This document shows positions 1 through 10,715 of a stretch of DNA of 64,000 bases, piece by piece (positions within the stretch are counted from its first letter, which is position 1; each line of letters opens with the position of its first letter). The DNA is from Antechinus flavipes (taxonomy: Eukaryota): the NCBI RefSeq assembly GCF_016432865.1, contig NC_067399.1:62930001-62994000 (forward strand). Direction: 5' to 3'. The notes beneath the pieces were generated by a model. That model saw only the letters and a list, made by a program, of their open reading frames with translations, did no database searches and was not told where the DNA came from. The position numbers and the translations under genes were made by a program.

Positions 1-530
1 TCGAGTGAGAGCTGGGCTGGGGGCTGCCGCTCGCCTCCGCCTAAGAGCGCCCAAGGCGCATCTTGGCCAAGCGGGATGCTCGGTCCCCTGGGGCCGGGCC
101 GGGGGTGGATCTGGGCGCGCTCCAATCCCTTGCTGTCCAGCCCATACCCCGGGGGACTGGGGGCGCCGGGAAGCCAGGGAATCCTGAGCAGCCTCCTTCA
201 GGGCGAGCTCCGAGCTGGGCCGCTGGCCGTGGCGGGCGACGGCCGCCAGGATCGCTGGCCGCCGCCCATCGCCCCTTCTTTCCTTCTTTCCCTGACCGGG
301 TGTCTCGAGAAGCGCGATGGAGTGCGATGCCCCCGCGCTTGCTCGGGCTCGGGCTTGGGTTGGGGCTCCGGCTTCGGCTCGGCTCTGGCTCGGCTCCGAG
401 GCTCCGGTGCGCTTGGCTGCTCCGCCCTGGCTGCGCCTACTCTGGGGCCGACTGCTTCACCCCGCGGGATGTGTCACATTTGAAAGAGTTCAGGGGAGAA
501 GCGAGAGGGAGGGACACACGCGCGCGCGCA
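1..530. promoter_or_regulatory. CpG island; probable promoter/non-coding first exon of a minus-strand gene continuing off the left edge (BEAN1 by CDH5 synteny, inference only)
   Basis: Very GC- and CpG-rich against a CpG-depleted background, with degenerate GGCTC repeats at 340-410. No recognisable coding sequence. Confidence 0.75.
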
Positions 531-782
531 CACACACACTGTATACACACACACTGTACACACACACAGACCTACACAAGCGGAGATTAGGGGAGACAAG
601 CAGACACGCGCCAAGAGAGCTAGACAAGGGGAGACAAGCACACACACATAAAGGGAGAGAAAGGAGAGACATGGACAGTTACAGATGATAGAGAAGGGGA
701 GAAAGGAGCCAACCCTTCCACTAAGAGGCGGGGGAGGACAGACAGGTTGAGAAGAGGGGGGTTGGGAAGAGCCCGGGAGAGG

Positions 783-801
783 ACCGAAAGACGGGGTGGG
801 G
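783..801. promoter_or_regulatory. GC box (SP/KLF site) in a G-run cluster
   Basis: GGGGCGGGG at 789-797 within ggggtgggggcgggggagg, ~250 bp from the CpG island. Confidence 0.5.
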
Positions 802-1134
802 GCGGGGGAGGTGCCGCAAGATCTGCAGTAACTGTGCCCAGGGAGTAAGGAAGGGCAGCTGCCTCCAGAAAACAAACTCAATTGCTCCTCAAAAGAAGGA
901 TGGGGAGAGGGAAAGAGTAGTGAGGAATGGGGAGAGGGGAAAAGAGCGGGAGAAAGTGACCCTAGTGCCAAGGTCTCTTAATTAATTGATTAGGCTCCCG
1001 TGGCAGGGGTTTAGTTATATCTTCGCAGAATCACAGAATATCAGAGATGAAAGGATCTTAGAACCTGCAATGTGAAAGCCTAAAGGCATTTTCGGATAGA
1101 AGTGTTAGAATAGGGAATCTTAGAACTGAAGGGA

Positions 1135-1292
1135 GCTTTTTGTACCTTGGACTCTCTTGGCAGTCTGGTGAAGCTTGTGAACCCCTTTCTCAGAATGATT
1201 ATCAATTCATATGTAAAGTACACAGGATTGCAAAGGAAAATATATTATATTGAAATAGTTATTAAAATATATTTTTTAAAGTTCATGGACAG
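1135..1292 (-). mobile_element. hAT-Charlie MITE relic (Charlie4z-like)
   Basis: Reverse complement gtccatgaac...tttcaatataat...ttctgagaaagggg...cttcaccagactgccaa matches the recalled Charlie4z consensus. Confidence 0.6.
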
Positions 1293-1586
1293 GTCTTCCC
1301 CACTTCCTCCTTAATTCGACCGCTGAAAAGTTAAGTGACTTGCTTAAGATCACACATAGCCTATTCCTATAAATTCCTTGAAATGCCAACCACTTCTCTT
1401 CCCTACCCTCCATATGCTTATCGTGTTTATCAAATTACAGAAAAATAGTGAAGGCAAGGCAGTGTAAAGCTTTGGCCTAAGGTCTAAGCAGTCAGATTTC
1501 CGGTGAAATTGCTGCCTTAAAACGGGGTAGGACACTTGTGGAGGGAAGTAAGGGGGGAGAATGATAATGTGATAAGAGTATAGAGA

Positions 1587-1828
1587 TGACAGTTAAGAGT
1601 CGAAGTAGATAGAGCTCCAGGTGCCGACTCAGAAAAAAAGAGTTCAAATATGGCTTCAGACACTTGCAAGTTCTGGGACCATTTGCAAGTCAAAGTCACT
1701 TCACCCTATTTGCCTCAGTTTCCTTATGTGTAAAAAGGGAACTGAAGAAGGAAATGGCAAACCACTTCTTTGCTAAGAAAATTTCAAATGGGGTTTCAAA
1801 GACAGACAGGACTAAACAATAATAACAA
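1587..1828 (+). mobile_element. MAR1-type CORE-SINE
   Basis: tRNA-like head (gagttcaaat), CORE cctcagtttcctt, and RTE-derived 3' end gaaggaaatggcaaaccac...aaatgggg. Confidence 0.75.
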
Positions 1829-3589
1829 TATGGATTTTAAATAGGCTTGACTCTCAATTTAGCCATTTTCCCTCTGTGACAGTGGGCAAATTTTTCCTTT
1901 CTTAGCTATTGTTTCCTATTTGTAAAATGAGATGATTCCCAAATCCCCTCCAAGTTATATAATATATATGATCAGATTCTCTGATCTGTCCTAATGATCT
2001 GATGGGGTGTTTATATGTCTGAGAAGAAGGCCTTGAGAAAATGGCATGCTTTGCAAAGAGACATAGATGCAGGGAGAAGGCAAGGATGGAGAGTTGCTTC
2101 TTTTACCTTTAACTCTAGCTACTCATCTACATGAGATCCTTTATCCTCAGAGGAATAGGGGAGGTAAAACTGATTGATTACTATTCCAAGTCAATGTGGA
2201 GTACCTTACTGAGGGAAGGGGACTTTTACATCAAAAAAGATTGTTGAACAAGAGACATTCACAACATTCACTGCTCAACACCTTTCCCACTTCCTATCTG
2301 GAGACAGTAGCTTCCTTTCCTGTGTCCACTCTGGAAATATGGAGAGTAATAAATAATAGCTATAATTTATGTAGTACTTGAAGGTCTTTAATAATATTTA
2401 ATTTATTTAATAATAAAAACTAATATTTATGTTATAATTATGTGCTAGGAACTGTGCTAAATGTTTAACAAATATGCTTCACAATCCTGGGAGATAGATG
2501 TTATTATTATCCTCATTTTACAGATGAGGACACTTGATTTACCCTGGGTCACAGTTGGTGTCTGAAGTAGAATTTGATTTTGGGTCTTCCCTCTAAGCCC
2601 AGCCCTTCCATCCATTATATCAGCTAATGTAACACTCCATTGAAAGGAATGAAGTTACCATCCAGTCAAGGCAGTGGTTGAAGCCAATTGGTTATTGAAG
2701 ATTGAACTCAGGTAGTCCAGTGGATTGACCATCCAGCAGAAATGCTGTGTCCTGGGAAGAACTCAGTGGTCAAGCAACATCACTGCCTTGGCTCAGCCTA
2801 GATGAGCTTGGCAACAATAATTGTGGAAGAGAACTTGTTTGTTCCCATCCAGTAGTCTCTGTTCAATAATAATCTTCACCATCACTTTCAGTGCCTCATA
2901 CACATCAAGGCAACATGATATCCTTGTTATGATGCCATCATAGTGGGTTGGTACACAGACCTTAATTTTGTAAAATTCACCCTTATGAGCCTTGGACAAT
3001 TGATTTATTTGATGGGAGCTCAGAGAAGATGGTTTTCCAGCTTTATGACCCAGTTTCCTCTGGCATCATCTTACTAAATAATATCAAGAGTGTCCTATCC
3101 AAACCATCCAGCAGCAGGAATGTGAACCAGCATCACTGTCTAGATATCTGTTTGACCCCCAAACAAAGTAGTCTTTGCAGCTGAGGTACATTACCTTGTG
3201 AGCAGCAAGTCTCGCTTAGCCAATCATTTATCTAAGAAAGCATTCCCTGAGAGAAGCCATCGCAGCTGTGTACCAGAAGCAACTTGTCTTTCACTGATGC
3301 TACACTCTACAGACAAGGTTGTATTGACCTTGAGGAGATAGAAAAGGCAGCAAGGCCCACTAATTCCAAAATTATTACTTGCTTTGGCCATATGTGTTCA
3401 CTACATTTGTGCCTCACTTTGTATTTATTACAGTTCTTTCCCTTGTTGACTCTGTATTTGTGTGTGTGTGTGTGTGTGACACAAAGATACAGCAAGACAG
3501 AGAGGAAGACAGAAAGAGACAGAGAGTATGAAGAGAGAGAGAGACATACAAAAACAGAAAGAGAGACAGAGAATGGAGAGATACAGAGA

Positions 3590-3621
3590 TAAGAGACACA
3601 CACACACACATACACAAAAAC

Positions 3622-3682
<61 letters not shown>
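3590..3682. repeat. Compound (CA)n/(GA)n microsatellite
   Basis: Direct reading; long pure GA run at ~3624-3681. Confidence 0.95.
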
Positions 3683-3684
<2 letters not shown>

Positions 3685-6044
3685 ACTGATTTGGAGGAAA
3701 TGTTTATAACTATTGTTGTTAGGACATTTGAGTAAATGCCTTTGCTAATAACTGGCTAGTGGTTTTCTTAAGGAGATAATGTTAAGAGGGGAAATCACAC
3801 TAGTGGGGGCTCATGAGTTAATACTAAATAACCCATAGTGTTACCTCTAGAATATTGAAAGACATCCCAAATATCAATGCCAGTGAAAGTTGGGAGAGAG
3901 AGCCTGGAAGGCAGCTAGTATTATACAGCCTCTCCCCTACATACATAATCTTCCCCTCCCATAATAAAGGAAAAATATTTAAGTAAAATCAATAAAAAGT
4001 AAATGAGTGTAATAGTGTATGTAATGTTCTACTCAGCCTCTATTTTAGAAAAAGGAAATGTGCTTCAATATCTACTCTAGAACTAAGTGTCTATTGTACT
4101 TAATCTGAGATCAAATGTTTTTTAGTATTTTTTTTTTAATTTGCAGCTCGTATGTTCCTAGTTCTTTCTTTACTCTGCCTCATTTCATGTAAGTCTATCC
4201 ATGTTTCTCTGAATTCCTTCTATTTGCTCTTTTTAGGGCAAGATTGTGTCTTATCACATTCACAAAGCACTGTTTGCTTAGTTATCCCCCAATTGATGGG
4301 TATCTACTTTGTTTCCCAGTTTTTGGTTTGTTTTGAATCACTACAATCTATGTGAAGTGATATAAGGGGGAGAGACCTGGAGGAATATTTGAGAAATGTA
4401 GCCATGTTGGCAGAAAGGGCAAAATCATGCTGAAAAATAATAAACCCATCACAAAATCCAGTACCTCATAAAAGCTTGGATTTTTATATTGGTTCTGCTA
4501 TTTTCAAACTTTGTGACCCAGAGCAAATTCCTTCACTTCTTTGTTCCTCAGTCTCCTCACTGGTTGGACTAGATAATTTCTGAAATCTCTTTCAGCCCTA
4601 GATTCAATCAGCCATTTTTGTCTTTGTTTCCCCATTCACCTGACAAATAGTGGGGGGATGGTGCTGAATAAATGTCAATCGCAAGTATTTATTAATTGCT
4701 TAATATATTTCACCTATTCTGCTGGGAACTGGGGATAAAATAATTTGTCATCAAAGAATTTATTTTCTGTCAAGAGAAGTTACATGTATATATTATATAT
4801 ATCTATATACATCTTCTATCTTTTTACTTAATATATTTGCTCTGGAATATTTTCTCTAATCTAGTCTTACTCAAAGTTTGGGTTTCCAGAGGATGTTGAA
4901 TATCTTGGTTTCTAAGGACGACTTGTGAGTCTATACTCCTAACATTATATAGTTTATGAGCCCCCATGGTATATGTCTCATTAACAGTTAGGTAGTAAAC
5001 ATAATTAGCTCAAAGAAAAGGCATTTATTATGAGGATAGAGTTAGAACAGTAGCAACAAAATATTCCTGCCATAAGCTTAGGGAGTGTTTTCCTACAAAT
5101 ACACATAATTTTCATAGGAAAAGTAGATATTAATTTAAATTATAACTGTAGTATTGTACACATGGAGAGAATATACCACCAATTCATGATTCCACAATCC
5201 CAGGACTTTGAGGTTTCTTCTTTATGGATTGCTTATGAAACTCCCTCTTTGAGTGCAGCTTTTGGCTAGGCAGGTTATTCAACTCAGCTTACGCACCTCA
5301 GCTTTTGACTACTAGGACTAAGACTCTCTTGAGTCCACTGCCAAATTTTTCCTATTTTGCCAGAGATCACAGTATTCAAAGCTGTTTCTGACTTCAACTG
5401 ACTACCTTTTTGCCTCTTTGGTGAATGTATGACCCTGTTCCCTGCTTCATGCTTAGAACTGTGCTTAGAACTTATTTAAGCTGAGAAACTCCAACTGCTG
5501 AATAGAGTGCATCACATTGGATGAATAGCAACTATTCACTGGGTGAATAGAAATTCCTCTCCTTCCATTTCCTTTTCTCTGGTGTAGGCACAGGTGTCAC
5601 ACTTCACAACTGCCTATACATTTGCTCCAAATAGGATATTTTTCTACTGGAGGGGGTGAGGGTGCTGCTGATTTCTTTTAAACTTTCAACTGATGCCTGG
5701 GCATGTTGTCAATTTTTTGTTCATCTGATGATCAGATTCTCTTTAATTTCATCAGATAAAGATGCTTACACTTTGTAAAAGAGAATACCAAGTGTTAACA
5801 CCTTGTTTAGGTATTAGTATTCTCATCTATGATTATATCTGCTGATTGCATCAACTACACTTGAGTAAGGGAGTAGAAAATATCTAGCTTCCCTCTCTCT
5901 TANNNNNNNNNNNNNNNNNNNNNNNNNNNNNNNNNNNNNNNNNNNNNNNNNNNNNNNNNNNNNNNNNNNNNNNNNNNNNNNNNNNNNNNNNNNNNNNNNN
6001 NNNNNNNNNNNNNNNNNNNNNNNNNNNNNNNNNNNNNNNNNNNN

Positions 6045-6956
6045 GTCTATAAAATGTGCAATAATATTATGTGTAAAAAACCCAATGTATATACCTTAAT
6101 TAAAAACTATTTTATTGCTAAAAAATTGCTAATCATTATCTGAGCTTTCAGTGAGGTGTAATCTTTTTGCTGGTGGAAAGGTTTGCCTCAATATTGATTG
6201 TTACTTTTTGATCGGAGTGGTGGTTACTAAAGGTTGGGGTAGTTGTGGCAATTTCTTAAAATAAGACAGTAATGAAGCTTGCCTTATCAACTGACTCTTC
6301 TTTTCACTTGAATTCTTCTAGGATTATTTGTAAGCCTTTGTAGGGTTATTAATTGCCCCNNNNNNNNNNNNNNNNNNNNNNNNNNNNNNNNNNNNNNNNN
6401 NNNNNNNNNNNNNNNNNNNNNNNNNNNNNNNNNNNNNNNNNNNNNNNNNNNNNNNNNNNNNNNNNNNNNNNNNNNNNNNNNNNNNNNNNNNNNNNNNNNN
6501 NNNNNNNNNNNNNNNNNNNNNNNNNNNNNNNNNNNNNNNGACAAATAGATAAAGAAACAGAGACAGACAGACAAAGACAGAGAAAGAGAGAGAGAGACGG
6601 GGACAGTTGATTGGTGGAGAAGTAAGAACATATACAACATTCATTAAGTTTGTCTCATATGGGCAAAGTTCCTGGAACCCCAAAACAATTACAACAGTTA
6701 CATCAAAGATCATTGATCACAGGTCACCATAATATAGATATAATAATCATGGAAAAGTTCAAAATATTCCAAGAATTACCAAAATATGGCACAGAGACAC
6801 AATGTGAGCATATCTATTGGAAAAATGGCACTGAAAGTCTTATCAGATTCAGAGTTGACATAAACCTTCAATTTGTAAAAAAAAAAAAAACCCAAAAAAA
6901 CTCAAGCTTCTCAAAGCACAATAAAGTAAGGATCAATAAAATGAAGTGTCCCTGTA
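6045..6956 (-). mobile_element. Internally deleted Tigger1 derivative (Tigger1a_Mars-like), interrupted by an assembly gap
   Basis: 6600-6954 matches the reverse complement of the Tigger1 left arm, ending aataaaatgaagtgtccctg followed by TA. 6045-6300 matches the right arm (tattgctaaaaaa..ctgagc..tcag..gtaatctttttgctggtgga). Confidence 0.8.
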
Positions 6957-6999
6957 CAATGTAAATACAAGATAAGTTTAAGGTTAGAAAGATATTAGG

Positions 7000-7450
7000 A
7001 GCTAGAGGAATTATAAAAGGCTACATGTGGGAAATGCCATTGGAGTTGACCTTTGAAGGAAGCCAAAAAACCAATGAGAGGAGATAGCATTTTTCAGGCC
7101 CGGGGTAGATGATGCAAAGACATAGTGATGGAGAATGCAGTTTTGTATATGAGGAGTAGTAAGAAGTCAAGTTTGGCGGATTAGAGTGGGTATAAAAGGG
7201 AGTAATGCTTAATTGGAAAAGTAGGTTGAAGCCAGGGCTTTGAATGCCAAACAGAAATTTGAATTTTATTCTAGAGGTAATAGGGAGCCACTGGACTTTA
7301 TTGAATAGAGGAGTGCCATGGTCATACCTCTGTTTTAGGACTATCACTTAGGATAGCTGGGTGGAAGATGGATACAAAAAGGGGGTGGAGAGACTTGAGG
7401 CAATACTAATTAGGAAGCTATGGCAATAGTTCAGGTGAAAGATAAAGAGA
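7000..7450 (-). mobile_element. L2 LINE 3' fragment
   Basis: Typical L2 antisense text: gaatgccaaacaga..tttg..ttttattctagaggtaatagggagccactgga...catggtca. Confidence 0.7.
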
Positions 7451-7876
7451 GCCAAAACTTAGGCTTTCTTAGGAAGATAAAAGGAAGTTAGAGGTTGACT
7501 ACACAATTGATTTGAACTATTTGAAACCTCTGTTGGTTCAGGGACTCAGATGTAATTGGGGGACAGTGAACAAAAGGTCTCTTTTCCTTTGATATTGCTC
7601 AAAATGGGGTGTTTTCCTATTGGCAATTTTTGTTCAGAAAGGGATGTAACCAAAGTTCTTTTTCAATTCTGAGACTCCAGGATTCTACAATTATCTGGGA
7701 GATCTGCTTAATATTAAAGGGATAAATTTTCTTTTTTCCCTTCACTCTATTTCTTTGCACTTTTCCCTCTATATTGTTCATTGACTCTATTTTGTTCATT
7801 GATATCCCTTGGGAGCTACTGAAAGCTAGTCCTCTGCCATCCTAGAAAATAAGGTATGTTGGGAGGAAATATAATC

Positions 7877-8069
7877 CAAAGCTTCTTAAACTGTGGCTCA
7901 CAACTCCATATAGGGTCATGTAACTGAATGTGGGGGTTACCAGATTATGATTTACCATCAGTAAATATTTTATTTGTACACCTATTTTATATATCTGTAT
8001 AACTGAGGGTTGCATAAAAATTTCTCAAGCAAAAAAAGCTTATGAGTGGAAAAAGTTTAAGAAGCCCTG
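7877..8069. mobile_element. hAT-type MITE, copy 1
   Basis: Imperfect TIRs caaagcttcttaaact ... agtttaagaagccctg; a related copy lies at ~25228-25420. Confidence 0.65.
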
Positions 8070-8599
8070 ATAACTAACCCTTCCCCTAAATATCATTCAC
8101 TCTGAATTATTTCACTAGGGCTAGAGATAGACTTTTTATAACATCACTTTCTTACCAAATCCCACAACATATAATCAGTAGAAGTTGTGCAGGATAGCTG
8201 GATGCCATGAAGGCTCACTCTGGGGCCAAGATTACTTTTGCTCTCTACAACAGTTAGTGAATAAACCCTAACTTGAAGACTAGAACCAAGGAATGTGCTC
8301 ATAAATTTTATTGGGATAATGGGAATAAAGATTGAGTAGGAAGGATGGGGCTAGTTTATGGAGGGCCTTGAAAGACAGTCTAAGGTAAAAGGAAGCCAAA
8401 AGTTCTTGCGTAAAAAAGGGAAAAGATTGATCTCAACCTTCTCATAAATTCTTATAGATACTCACAAGCTATGGTTGCCAAAAACACCACTTTGTCCAGG
8501 TTTCCAAAAATCTTGAGGCCTGGGAAAGCACTTTGGTAAGAAAGTATTCTCTTTCTACTCAGTTTCATTATCTGTAAAATCAGGGTTTTGGATTAAGTT

Positions 8600-8870
8600 A
8601 TGAATTGATTATTTCAATCCTGTCTAACTCTTCATGACTCCATTTGGGATTTCTTTGGTAGAGATACTGGAATTATTTGTGATTTTCTTCTCCAACTCAT
8701 TTTACAGATGAAGAAACTAAGGCAAACAGGGTTAAGTAACTTGTCCAGGGTCACACAGCTAGTTAGTCTCTGAGACCCAATTTGAACTCAGGATGATCAG
8801 ATGATCAATCTCCCTGATTATAGGTCTGGCACTCTATTCACGACATTACCCAGCTCATAGGTTTGGATTA
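8600..8870 (-). mobile_element. MAR1-type CORE-SINE
   Basis: ccatttggg..ttcttt..agagatactgga...ctcattttacagatgaagaaactaaggc...gtcacacagctag. Confidence 0.75.
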
Positions 8871-8899
8871 GATGGCTTTTATTGTTCCTTTTAAGTATA

Positions 8900-9132
8900 A
8901 ATGTACAACAATTATCATTTTATGGGAAAAAAGCATTTGACACGCTTTTAGGCTTAATCTGTGTTATGGATATTTTCTCCATCACTTTCTTAAGTCTATA
9001 CAATCAACAAACAGATAACCAAGACCCCAATTTGTAGCATTTGTCAGTTTCTGAACTATAGATGTTTACACTGAAAATTTAACAACCCACTTCTGTAAGC
9101 AGATTGGCGTTGACTCTAGGTAGCACACACCC
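8900..9132 (-). mobile_element. MER63-like (hAT-Blackjack) deletion derivative, copy 1
   Basis: gacacgc..tt..ttaatctg...ttttctccatcactttctaagtcta.acaatcaacaaa...atttgtagc matches the reverse complement of recalled MER63; related copies at ~10510 and ~63060. Confidence 0.6.
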
Positions 9133-10509
9133 TCTGCTTCTAGCTCCAGAGTTATCATTTTGTGATGTTAGAGCATAGAACGTGCAACCAGAAGGCTCCT
9201 TAGAAGGCAGGAAATGATAGAGGATGTTGAGTTTCTCTTGTGTTGTAGGCAAATTTATCATGAAAGGAACACTGGATTTGTGTCTGAAGACTTGAGTCTG
9301 AATCCTGTCTTCACCTCTTGCTATCTGAGTGAAATGAGACAAACCGGGTAAGTTCTATGAGCCTTATTATCATCTCTAAAATAATAGGGATGAACTAATT
9401 GATCATTAAGGCACCATCTACCTCTTAGATCCTGTGATCTTGTTTAAGTCCTTTTAAGTGGAGGTTAGCATGCCTTGTTATTGACAGAGATGAGCCTGGA
9501 GCGCCTGACTCTTAGTACAGAGCTATTTCCACTGTCTCCAATCATTACGAGGTAAATTTGCTGATATTATCATTGTATGGGTGAATAACTGGAACAGATT
9601 ATAACATTCTACTACTTTGTAAGCTTTATGATGGGAACATTTTCCCATGAGAAAAAGGATGAGCGTCAGCAAAAAGCCCCGGAGAATCATGACATATAAA
9701 TGGATAAGCTCTGCCCTTAGCAAGGCACCTGAAGCTAGGACTTGGTCCAGAGCGGGTAGTGGCTTTCAGTCCTAACAACACTAGCTGTTTGATGTTGTGA
9801 AGAGAGCCATTGATTTGCAGTAAGATAAAGTGTAAACATCACTGAACCTCAGTTTATTCATCTGCAAAATGGAATTAAACTAGTTTTCGTCTTAAGGTCT
9901 TTTCTAGCTCTAAATTCTATGACCAGGAGGGAGAGAATAAATATGGTTTCCATTTATTTATATAGCAAGAACTATACATTTTTCTGATTTTGCTTGATAG
10001 AAATTCTCCTTACCAATCTTTCTTTTAAATTTTCTACATATTTGGCAAAGTAATTTGAATAACTAGATCAAGTTGTCAGAGAATGACAGGATAGAGAGAG
10101 AACAGTGGGTGTTTCCCCCAGTTCTCTAGGGGAGGAAATATGGGTTAGGTGGGAAATGAACTAGTTTTGGAGCTAGAGGACTTGAGTTCTAACAATAACA
10201 ACAATAATAGCCAATATTTATATAGTACTTATATAGGCTTGCAAAGCACTTTATAAATATGATTTCATTTAATCCTTAATGCTATTATTATCTTTATTTA
10301 CAAATGAAGAGACTGAGGTAGACTTTGGTTAAGTGACTTGTTTAGAGTCACACAGATAGTGTCTGAGGACAGATTTGAACTCAGAAAGAATGAATTTCTT
10401 GACATTAAGTCTGGCTTTATGGTGTCACCTAGCCCCCTTGGGGTTGGATTAGATGACTTCTATTGTCCCGTCCAGCCAGAGATATGCTTAACAACTAGCT
10501 CTTTGGAAA

Positions 10510-10715
10510 AAAAGAAGTGTGTAAAAAACTTTTAGTTGTAATTTACATTATTGTTAACATTTTTTCTCCATCACTTTTTGAAATCTAGACAATTAAAATG
10601 TTAACAGAAGCCCTGAGTTGTAGTATTTGTGTATATCTGAATGTAAATGGTTACATTTAAAAATATTTAACAACCAGCTTTTACAGGTAGGTTGGGGTTG
10701 GCTGTATTACAGCAG
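10510..10715 (-). mobile_element. MER63-like derivative, copy 2
   Basis: ttaacatttttctccatcactttttgaaatctagacaatt...gccctgagttgtag...tttaacaacc aligns by eye with copy 1. Confidence 0.55.

Noticed and set aside
5-971. ORFs of 60-175 aa across the CpG island
   Set aside because: Low-complexity G/P/A/R/L translations typical of GC-rich DNA with few stop codons; no recognisable protein.
2655-2999. Faint resemblance of QA...LDH.L..T...PL to filovirus nucleoprotein, and of HSLR...GH (plus strand, 3241-3395) to a tyrosine recombinase box
   Set aside because: Only a handful of scattered identities, wrong spacing and no support from flanking frames; not evidence of an endogenous viral element or Crypton.
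5100-5900. Apparent decayed minus-strand reading frame (…ASVESLKEISSTLTPSSRKISYLEQMYRQL…)
   Set aside because: About 15 stops in ~240 codons is what random AT-rich DNA gives; the longest open run is only ~34 codons.
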